NCBI GenBank assembly: GCA_050950285.1 | Contig: JBMNHG010000006.1 | Coordinates: forward strand, 355,167 to 419,166 | DNA length: 64,000 nt | DNA from: Kiritimatiellia bacterium | GTDB lineage: Bacteria; Verrucomicrobiota; Kiritimatiellia; RFP12; JBMNHG01 | Reading direction: 5' to 3' | Part shown: one piece after another, positions 9,750 through 18,042 of the stretch | Layout of the letters: each line of letters begins with the position of its first letter | How positions within the stretch are numbered: position 1 is the first letter of the stretch | The notes under the pieces: generated by a model | Told to the model about the DNA's origin: nothing | The model's database searches: none | Seen by the model: the letters and a program-made list of their open reading frames with translations, nothing else | Translations under genes and position numbers: made by a program

Positions 9750-11468
9750 ATGGCAAAGAGGAGAGAGAGGGTTGGAAACCCCGTGCGCCGCCGCCTCTCC
9801 CGCGCCATCGACGTGCGCGGGTTCTCGTACGACTACGCCTACGACCCCGTCGGCAACAGGACATCGGCGACCGAGTACGACGAAAACGGCGCGCCGCTTT
9901 TCGCGGAGTACGCCGCCAACGAACTCAACCAGTACACGGCGCGCACCGTTCCCGGCTACGCCGCCGTCCGCGGCGAGGCCGGCACCAACGCCTTCGTCAC
10001 CGTCAACGAGCGCCCCGCGTTCCGGCTGGGCGAGTACCTCTACGGCGGAGACACGGCGGACAACACCGCCTCGAACGTGTTGAAGGACCTCGAAGTCTAC
10101 GCCGCCATCAACCCGCCCGGAACCAACGTCCCCGATACCGTGTACGCCGCGACGGCGACGGTCTTCGTCGCGAGGACGCCCGAGGCCTTCACCTACGACG
10201 CCGACGGCAACATGACCTCCGACGGACGCTTCGCGTATACGTGGAACGGCGAGAACCGCATGGTCATGGCGTCGAACGCCGAGGCCGTCGTGACCTACGC
10301 CTACGACCACCAGTCCCGCCGCATTGCCTCCGCCACCGCCGTCTGGACCAACGGCGCCTGGCAGGCCGCCGAATCCCGCGCCTTCCTCTACGACGGCTGG
10401 AACGTGATCCGGGAGACAGTGGCAGTCGGCAGCGGCAGTCCGCAGTCGGTCGGCACCAACCTGTACACATGGGGGCTGGACTTGAGCGGCACCTTGCAGG
10501 GCGCGGGCGGCATCGGCGGCCTCCTCGCCGCCTCGCTGGACGGCACGTCCGTCCTCTACGGCTACGACGCGAATGGAAACGTCTGCCAGTTGGTCGGCAC
10601 AGACGGCGAACTGCTGGCGCACTACGAATACAGCCCCTTCGGCGAGATCATCGTCTCCGCCGGCCCGCTGGCCAAGGCCAACCCCTTCCGCTTCTCCACG
10701 AAACACTGGGACAACCTGACCGGGCTCGGGTACTGGGGGTATCGGTGGTACAGTCCGGGGATGGGGAGGTGGATGAGCAGGGATCCGATTGGGGAAAGAG
10801 GCGGATTAAACCTTCATGTATTTCTGCTTAACAAAGTAGTTAATCACATTGACGCTCTTGGACAATTATCTAGTACTCTGCCTGGCTATTCTAAAAAAGA
10901 TTTCTCGATGAAAGCTTCAGGTTCAAAAGGACTTGGCGGACATATATCCATTTTGATTGTGAGAGAGTCGGCCAAGCATTGCTGCACTTCAGGACAGTTT
11001 TACGGCCAAATGAAGGATATAGTTGAATGGACTTTTGGCCCAGAAATAGGAGTGCACGTTGGAGTTAATCTCACTGTACAGTTCGCAGGCGTGGGCGTTG
11101 ATGTTGGGTTTACAGGCCCAGGAATAAGTCTCCGACTAGGAAACGTTACGAAAACATTTGATCGATGCTTTCCTGATGATGCATTTGCGCACCTAGAGTT
11201 GATTAATCTAGAGATTGCTCCAGGAATACAGAACGTCGCGATTGGGCTTGGTTATCTGGCAAAAGTGGAAGGCAGAATGAAGGCATGGTTTGATTTTCAG
11301 GCAAATGTTGATGTGACGCCTGACGGTTTTGACTTAAATGGGGGTATATTCGTTGATTATGATGTTTCGATAAAGGGCTATTTGGGATTTGAAGAGTTTA
11401 TACTCCTTAATATTGATACGTTAGCGCCAGACGGCAAACATCAACGCATTCCGCTTGTGGAGTTCTAG
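9750..11468 (+). CDS. N-terminally short (orphan-type) RHS repeat protein with C-terminal toxin domain CT1
   Basis: YD repeats (YAYDPVGNR, FTYDADGNM, YAYDHQSRR), HYEYSPFGE, NPFRFSTK, GRWMSRDPIGERGGLNL...NHIDALG core end; AT-rich tail from ~10790; start codon uncertain. Confidence 0.88.
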   Translation: MAKRRERVGNPVRRRLSRAIDVRGFSYDYAYDPVGNRTSATEYDENGAPLFAEYAANELNQYTARTVPGYAAVRGEAGTNAFVTVNERPAFRLGEYLYGGDTADNTASNVLKDLEVYAAINPPGTNVPDTVYAATATVFVARTPEAFTYDADGNMTSDGRFAYTWNGENRMVMASNAEAVVTYAYDHQSRRIASATAVWTNGAWQAAESRAFLYDGWNVIRETVAVGSGSPQSVGTNLYTWGLDLSGTLQGAGGIGGLLAASLDGTSVLYGYDANGNVCQLVGTDGELLAHYEYSPFGEIIVSAGPLAKANPFRFSTKHWDNLTGLGYWGYRWYSPGMGRWMSRDPIGERGGLNLHVFLLNKVVNHIDALGQLSSTLPGYSKKDFSMKASGSKGLGGHISILIVRESAKHCCTSGQFYGQMKDIVEWTFGPEIGVHVGVNLTVQFAGVGVDVGFTGPGISLRLGNVTKTFDRCFPDDAFAHLELINLEIAPGIQNVAIGLGYLAKVEGRMKAWFDFQANVDVTPDGFDLNGGIFVDYDVSIKGYLGFEEFILLNIDTLAPDGKHQRIPLVEF

Positions 11469-11470
11469 CA

Positions 11471-11698
11471 ATGTTAAGCATTTCAAAAAGAGAACGAGAT
11501 TCGCTTATACTTGGAGTGTTAGCGTTCGTTGTCGGCCCTGTAGTTGGTGTTTTCGCAATCTTTTACATCTTGCGTAGGCTTAAGGAGCCTAACTGTACAA
11601 AGGCGTGGCCTTATAGATTAGCGCTATGCCTGACAGTTATCGGGATATTGGTGTTTTGTGTAACTACGCTACTCTTGGTTCCGGCAATTATTCAATAA
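11471..11698 (+). CDS. small membrane protein, candidate immunity protein for CT1
   Basis: 75 aa, two hydrophobic segments, starts 2 nt after the RHS stop, AT-rich. Confidence 0.6.
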   Translation: MLSISKRERDSLILGVLAFVVGPVVGVFAIFYILRRLKEPNCTKAWPYRLALCLTVIGILVFCVTTLLLVPAIIQ

Positions 11699-11709
11699 GG
11701 GCAACGACC

Positions 11710-11973
11710 ATGAACATCTGCAAGACAATTGGGAAAACTATGTTTCTTAGTGGTGGATTGTTAAGTTTTTTTGCCATTCTGTGCTATTGCAATCTGATTA
11801 AACAGGTGCCGCCCTTTGTTAACCTAGTATTATCAATGATTGCCGTGGTTGATATTCTTCTTGGGATTGGCTTTCTATTGGCAGGAAAGAGGGGCAAGAA
11901 GTCTATAGGTGAGAAACGGGGGCGTAGTTTGACATTGGATAAACAGCAAAAAGGCGAAGGTAAGGAACGGTGA
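11710..11973 (+). CDS. small membrane protein, candidate second/orphan immunity protein
   Basis: MNICKTIGK..., two hydrophobic segments, AT-rich. Confidence 0.45.
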   Translation: MNICKTIGKTMFLSGGLLSFFAILCYCNLIKQVPPFVNLVLSMIAVVDILLGIGFLLAGKRGKKSIGEKRGRSLTLDKQQKGEGKER

Positions 11974-12043
11974 AATGATGGCGGTTCGGCTGAAAACCAA
12001 CGGGCCTGGGGGTCGAACGGGCCTGGGGGCGTAGTTTGACATT
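11918..12043. repeat. 19-bp direct repeat pair plus tandem 14-mer between RHS cassettes
   Basis: GGGGGCGTAGTTTGACATT at 11918-11936 and 12025-12043; AACGGGCCTGGGGG at 11999-12012 and 12016-12029. Confidence 0.85.
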
Positions 12044-12114
12044 AGACATTCGAGAGTTACGGAGCGTTTTCGCGGTGTGGTAATGTGTCGCCATTGGGGA
12101 GCACGGAGAGTCTA

Positions 12115-12906
12115 ATGCCAAACCATGATCCAAATACCCCCGTCGCCTGCGAATACGTCTCGACCAATGGCACCGTCGCCGCCCATTACGAATACAGCCC
12201 CTTCGGCGAACCCGTCGTCCAGTCAGGGCCGATGGCCGACACCTTCACCCACCGGTTCTCCACCAAGCCGTGGTGCCCCGTTACGGGGTTCAGCGAATAC
12301 CAGATGCGAAAGTACCGGCCAGACATCGGAAGGTGGATGAGCCGGGATCCGGTCGGGGAGTACCATTACTTTACCCACCATGTTGTCCGCAATCCCAGCA
12401 ATGAACAGGAAGCACTCGAATGGCGCTATTTCAATGCGGTCGCCTATCGTTTTGTCGGCAACAATATAATTGATCGGATGGACATGCTGGGTCTATATGA
12501 CGTAGGGAAATGCCAAATAGTCATTTTTCTTGGTCACAACACTAAAACAACGAAACAGAAATGGGGCTGGGTTCCCAAGACAATAATTACGGGGGAATGT
12601 GGGGCGGCGTCAGCGCATGCGTGTGACAGCGACAACATTAGCATACAATACAATCGAATTGCATCTGGGAGCCCAGGTACTATCAGCCCGTTAAAAGGGG
12701 CCGAAGAAGCCGAAGCTGCTTTTGAGGAAGCAAAAGCATGGATACCTGTTCTATGTGACGCTGAGGAAAAGCCGGGGAAACCGTGCTTCTGCAAGACAAT
12801 TACGATAAAAATTACGTGCAGATTTGGCTTGGACAAACTTACTGAAGCATCGATTCCGGCTGGCGTATGCGGAAAGTCCTATCAAGAGGACTGTCCAGGG
12901 AGATAG
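12115..12906 (+). CDS. orphan RHS core fragment with Cys-rich C-terminal toxin domain CT2
   Basis: HYEYSPFGE, HRFSTK, GRWMSRDPVGE...NNIIDRMDMLG, then a 137-aa unique tail; only the last part of the RHS core is present. Confidence 0.82.
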   Translation: MPNHDPNTPVACEYVSTNGTVAAHYEYSPFGEPVVQSGPMADTFTHRFSTKPWCPVTGFSEYQMRKYRPDIGRWMSRDPVGEYHYFTHHVVRNPSNEQEALEWRYFNAVAYRFVGNNIIDRMDMLGLYDVGKCQIVIFLGHNTKTTKQKWGWVPKTIITGECGAASAHACDSDNISIQYNRIASGSPGTISPLKGAEEAEAAFEEAKAWIPVLCDAEEKPGKPCFCKTITIKITCRFGLDKLTEASIPAGVCGKSYQEDCPGR

Positions 12907-12910
12907 GCAA

Positions 12911-13285
12911 ATGAACAACGAAAGATGTTTTTACGTTTTTTCGGGGATTACACTTTTTGCAGTGTGTGTCCTATTACTTGCTATCCCTAAAATCTTTGAG
13001 GCTACATTGCGTGCATGGCCGGGCGCACCTTTGCCAAGCGGACTGATTGCCATTCATAACGCGCGCTTGGGGTTGCTTGTTGTCCCAATATTTTTCTTCG
13101 CATGCGGAATTGCAGCCAAACGATACCGCTGCCTTGCTTCGCCTGTCATGGTTGTGCTTCTTGCGGGCATCGCACTGCTCCTACTCGTGTTTAGTGCTCT
13201 TATGCTTTGTACTCCGATAATCCTCCATGGATCACTGTTGGGGACAACGGACAATGCACACCTTTTGTTCTCTGGTATCCCATAG
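12911..13285 (+). CDS. membrane protein, candidate immunity protein for CT2
   Basis: 124 aa, about three hydrophobic helices, 4 nt after the CT2 stop. Confidence 0.6.
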   Translation: MNNERCFYVFSGITLFAVCVLLLAIPKIFEATLRAWPGAPLPSGLIAIHNARLGLLVVPIFFFACGIAAKRYRCLASPVMVVLLAGIALLLLVFSALMLCTPIILHGSLLGTTDNAHLLFSGIP

Positions 13286-13859
13286 GCGGCTTGAGAACAG
13301 GCATATTCCTCCCTTGCTCCCATTGATTTGTGGGGTTCGCGATTTAAAGGGCGATTCCGGCATTTTTGCTTGCGATTTGTGGCAGGAGTCTCACAACTCC
13401 ATCTGTCGCCTTCCGTTTCATTCGTGGATACAGGCGGGCCGAAAGGAGCCGGAACCATGGGCGCGGACGATCCATCCGCATCCCGCCTGCTGCCTGCGGA
13501 TCGCACGGTCCTTCCGCCCGGCGAATCTGGTCCTGCCCCGGGAGACGCGGGGACGCGGGACGCGGAATGTCTCTCGCCCTTTGTCGTAGACGCGGCAAGC
13601 CGTTGCGTCTGCCACCGCCTGCCCTTAACGCGTGGCGCTTCCACTCCACGGCCTGCCGCCACTGCGCAGCCCCTTTTTTCGCCCCCAAAAACCTCTTTCC
13701 CTGCGCCCGCCTTTTATCCTATAATGCATGGCGAAAAGGGGGCCCGCCATGGAAAACCAGGCTTGGAGCCGAATCCCCCGCCCCGCCGCCAGGCGGCGTC
13801 CGCGGTCGAAAGCCCGAGGCCCGCGCCATCCCCCCATTGAACACCCCAAAAGGAAGACC

Positions 13860-15200
13860 ATGAACATCGCCGTTCCAAGCACCCTCTCGCCCCTCGCCCC
13901 GACGCCCTCCCCCGCCCAGCTCGCCTGGCAGGATCGCGCCTTCGCGATCTTCGTCCATTTCGGCACGAACACCTTCACCAACCGCGAATGGGGCGACGGC
14001 CAGGCGCCCGCGTCCGTCTTCAACCCCGCCGCCCTCGACGCCGACCAGTGGGCCGCCGCCGCCCGGGCGGCGGGCGCGAAGGCCATGGTGCTCACCGCCA
14101 AGCACCACGACGGCTTCTGCCTCTGGCCGAGCGCCTTCACCGACTACTCCGTCAAGTCCTCGCCCTGGAAGGAGGGCAAGGGCGACGTCGTCCGCGAATT
14201 CGTGGACGCCTGCCGCCGCCACGACCTCTCGCCCGGGCTCTACCTCAGCCCGTGGGATCGCCACGAGCCCACCTACGGCGACTCCGCCGCCTACAACGCC
14301 TTCTACCTGGCCCAGCTCGACGAGCTGCTCACCCAGTACGGCGAACTCGGCGAAATCTGGTTCGACGGCGCCTGCGGCGAAGGCCCGAACGGCAAGCGCC
14401 AGCAGTACGACTGGCCCGCCTTCTTCGAGACCTGCCACCGCCTCCAGCCCAACGCCGTGGTCTTCGGCGACGGCGGCACGACCGTGCGCTGGATCGGCAA
14501 CGAACGCGGCATCGCCGGCGACCCCAACTGGGCCATGGTCGACTCCTCGCTCGTCCGCTTCCCCGGCGACGCCGGCGCCGACCGCCCCATGGACGCCCGC
14601 GCCGTCCAGCTCGCCATCGCCCGGCAGCTCCAGCACGGCGACGAAGACGGCGACGTCTGGCGTCCCGGCGAAGTCGATGTTTCCATCCGCCCCGGCTGGT
14701 TCCACCGCGCCGCCGAGGACGATGCCGTGCGCAGCGTCTCGAACCTCGTCGATCTTTACTTCCGCTCCGTCGGCCGCAACGCCCCGCTGCTCCTCAACGT
14801 GCCGCCCACGCCCGAAGGCCGCTTCCACGACACGGACGTCCAGCGCCTCGCCGCCTTCGGCCGGCGCCTGGCGACTCTGTTCGCCAACGACCTCTTTGCC
14901 GACGCGCGCATCGAGGCCGACGGCACGACCTACGAGGTCCGCCTGCCCGAACCCCGCACGTTCGGCATCCTCCGCCTCGCGGAGCCCGTCGCGCTGGGCC
15001 AGCGCGTGGCGCGCCACGGCATTCGCTACCGCGAAGCCTCCGGCGCCTGGGCGTGGCTGATCGACGGCGACACCATCGGCCACCAGCGCCTCCACCGGTT
15101 CGAGCCCGTCACCACCGACCGGCTCCGCATCGACATCCTCCGCCATCGCGGCGACGCCCCCGCCCCCCTTTCGGAAATCTCCGCTTTCGCCGCTTGCTGA
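13860..15200 (+). CDS. alpha-L-fucosidase (GH29)
   Basis: FVHFGTNTFT..EWGDG, LTAKHHDGFCLWPS, GLYLSPWD, EIWFDGACGEG, RWIGNERG, DVSIRPGWF, SVGRNAPLLLNVPP. Confidence 0.95.
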   Translation: MNIAVPSTLSPLAPTPSPAQLAWQDRAFAIFVHFGTNTFTNREWGDGQAPASVFNPAALDADQWAAAARAAGAKAMVLTAKHHDGFCLWPSAFTDYSVKSSPWKEGKGDVVREFVDACRRHDLSPGLYLSPWDRHEPTYGDSAAYNAFYLAQLDELLTQYGELGEIWFDGACGEGPNGKRQQYDWPAFFETCHRLQPNAVVFGDGGTTVRWIGNERGIAGDPNWAMVDSSLVRFPGDAGADRPMDARAVQLAIARQLQHGDEDGDVWRPGEVDVSIRPGWFHRAAEDDAVRSVSNLVDLYFRSVGRNAPLLLNVPPTPEGRFHDTDVQRLAAFGRRLATLFANDLFADARIEADGTTYEVRLPEPRTFGILRLAEPVALGQRVARHGIRYREASGAWAWLIDGDTIGHQRLHRFEPVTTDRLRIDILRHRGDAPAPLSEISAFAAC

Positions 15201-15764
15201 CCCTTGCTTCACCTCCCTCTTGTCATTTTCCAAACTCCTCGCTGCGCTCTGTGTTCTTCTCACGAAAAGGAGCCCGCCATGAAAAAGCAAAACTCCCGCA
15301 AAATCCTCGCCGCGTTCCTCAGCGCCTTCACGGCGCTTCCGGCCATCGCCGCCACCGCCGGAGAGACGGCGGCTCCGATGTCGCCGAAGACCTCGCCCGC
15401 CTACATCACCTTCTCAAGCTCTTTAAAGTTCAATGTCTGGCCGCAAGTGGTAACGCCGGGCGGGAAGCTTTACTACTCCACCAACGCGAAGACCTGGAAT
15501 CAGCACACCTCCGGCAACATGGAAGCGGCGATCGACTCGTCCGGAGTCTATAAGCTGTACGTCCGCGGAACGGGCAACAGACGGATGACCGATCCCAACA
15601 ACCCCGGCTGGAGAATTACCGCCGCGAATCCGAACGCCCGGGTCGACTGCTCCGGCAACCTCGAGACCCTGCTCGACCATGCGACAGTGACCGCCGGCCA
15701 GCATCCGCCGATGGATGACTACTGCTTCGCGAACCTCTTCGAGGGCTGTACGCTGCTCAGCAGC

Positions 15765-16233
15765 GCGCCGTCGCTGCTGGCGACGAATCTGACGTATGCC
15801 TGCTGCCGCTACATGTTCGAAGACTGCACGGCGCTGACGAACGCGCCCGCGCTGCCCGCCACGACGCTGGCTACCGAATGCTACAACTGCATGTTCAAGG
15901 GCTGTACGGCACTGACGACGCGCACCGGAGCTGTCGGCCATGAATCTGGCACTCGGCTGCTACGCCTTCATGTTCGAAGGCTGCGGGAGCCTGACACAGG
16001 CGCCCGCGCTACCCGCCACGACGCTGGCGCCCGCCTGCTACCGCCAAATGTTCGGCTCCTGCGGGAGCCTGACAAAGACGCCCGCGCTGCCGGCCATGAC
16101 GCTGACATCCTTCTGCTACGGGAACATGTTCTACGACTGTCCGGGACTGACGGAATTGCCGGTGCTCCCGGCGACGAATCTGGCCGACAGATGCTACTAC
16201 GAAATGTTCAAGGCCTGCCCGGGCATCAACGTG
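15765..16233 (+). repeat. six 78-bp (26-aa) coding tandem repeats, module 1
   Basis: APALPATTLAxxCYxxMFxxCxxLTx units. Confidence 0.85.
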
Positions 16234-16758
16234 TACACCACAGGCCCGGGAATACAGTGGAGCATCCCGAGCAACGCGACGCCTGAAGCGAACTGGAACT
16301 ACAGGATGTTCGACGGCACAAGCGGCACCTTCACCGGCGAGCCGGGGATCGGCACCCCCTACTACTACACGCCGCCCGTGCCGTTTCCGGACTCGGACGG
16401 ATGCATCACCTTCTCCAGCGCGGGCCCCTTCACGGTCGCGCCGCAGGAGGTCTCGTGGAACGGCTCGCTTTACGCCTCGACCGACACGACGAATTGGATG
16501 GTCTTCGCCATCAACGGCGCGACCGCGGCGAACAACGGCTCCGGGGTGTACAAGCTCTACCTCTGCGGGTTGGACAACAGGCGCATAACCGGCAGTCTCA
16601 CGTCATCCCCCTGGCTCATCACCGCCGGCAACCCGGTCGCCTGCTCCGGCAACATCGAGGCCCTGCTCGACTATGCGACGGTGTCCGGCGGCGAACACCC
16701 GCCGATGGATCCCTGCTGCTTCGCGCGCCTCTTCGAGAACTGCAAGCGCCTGACCCAT

Positions 16759-17538
16759 GCGCCGGCGCTGCCCGCCACCGCGTTGGCTCCCAACTGCTAC
16801 GACACCATGTTCTACGGCTGCTCAGGACTGACGCAGGCGCCGGCGCTGCCCGCCACGACGCTGGCCAACACCTGCTACGCCTACATGTTCTACGCCTGCA
16901 CGAGCCTGACGCAGGCGCCGGCGCTGCCCGCCACGACGCTGGCCAACGAATGCTACTGGAACATGTTCAAGAGCTGCACGGGGCTGATGCAGGCGCCGGC
17001 GCTGCAGGCCACGACGCTGGCGCCCCGGTGCTGCCTCGGCATGTTCAACGGTTGCACGAGTCTGCCGCAGGCGCCGACGCTGCAGGCCACGACGCTGGCC
17101 AGCAACTGCTACGACTCCATGTTCAACCTCTGCAGGAACCTGACCCACGCGCCCGCGCTGCCCGCCACGACGCTGGCCAATGAATGCTACAAGAGCATGT
17201 TTGTGGACTGTACGGCGCTGACGAACGCACCGGCGCTGCCCGCCACGACACTGGCGTCAGCCTGCTACGACCACATGTTCTCCGGCTGCACGGGGCTGAC
17301 CAACGCACCGGCGCTGCCCGCCACGACGCTGGCGCCCTCTTGCTACAATGCCATGTTCAGCGACTGCACCGGGCTCATGCGCGCGCCGGAATTGCCGGCC
17401 ATGAATCTGGCCGAGAGCTGCTACAACCAAATGTTCAGGGGTTGCACGAACCTGACGCGTCCGCCGGAATTGCCGGCGACGACTCTGGCCAGGGAGTGCT
17501 ATTACTACATGTTCTACAAATGCACGGGCATCGAGCTG
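16759..17538 (+). repeat. ten 78-bp (26-aa) coding tandem repeats, module 2
   Basis: GCGCCGGCGCTGCCCGCCACGACGCTGGC recurs with a 78-bp period (16759, 16837, 16915...). Confidence 0.92.
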
Positions 17539-18005
17539 AACATCGCAGGCCCCGGAATGCCGTGGAGCATCCCGGCCAACGCGACGGCGGCAACGGACTG
17601 GAACAGACGGATGTTTTACTACACGGGCGGCACCTTGACCGGCGGCCCGGCGATCGGCGTTACTTACTACCTCGCGTCCGGCCTTCCCGACGCGCCGGCC
17701 TTCGCCACGGACGGCACGGGATTCGTCATCGGCGACGGCACGGCAACCTTCACGATCGACAACGCCGAAACCGGCCTCTGGTACACGCTCTACAGCGCGG
17801 ACGACCTCGACGGAACCTGGACGCCGCACCCCAACCAGAGCTTCCGCGCGACCGGCAGCGAGATCGTTTTCACAATCGCCCTCGACCCCGCCGCCACCCG
17901 CCGCTTCTACAAAGTGGTGCCCAGCCTCACCCGGCCGCAGGCGCAGTGAAGGGAGGGACGAGAGGCCTCTTGTCCCGCGTCCCTTGCAAGTCAGCCGCTG
18001 ACAGG

Positions 18006-18034
18006 TTGCGTCCCGGATACGCCGATGGTATGAT
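18006..18034 (+). promoter_or_regulatory. putative sigma70 promoter of gsp operon (near-leaderless)
   Basis: TTGCGT-N17-TATGAT with TG extension; ATG 8 nt after the -10, no SD. Confidence 0.5.
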
Positions 18035-18042
18035 TCCTATGC

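Larger units (their letters stand above)
15279..17949 (+). pseudogene. secreted LRR-like (BspA/PARCEL-like) Cys-rich repeat protein, split by a +1 frameshift at ~15918
   Basis: ORFs 15204-16286 and 15940-17949 join into ~889 aa if one base is removed (ctg acg [a] cgc gca ccg gag = LT-RAPE, matching the intact repeat GLMRAPELPAMNL); signal peptide; RBS AAAAGGAG. Confidence 0.8.

Noticed and set aside
9536..9750. ZTP (pfl) or THF riboswitch upstream of fhs
   Set aside because: No conserved GACTGGCG/CGCCTGGG elements, and the candidate promoter lies only ~40 bp from the start codon
15765..17538. CRISPR array or DGR template/variable repeats
   Set aside because: The 78-bp units are in-frame coding repeats with no unique spacers; variation is not adenine-specific; no cas or reverse transcriptase gene in the window
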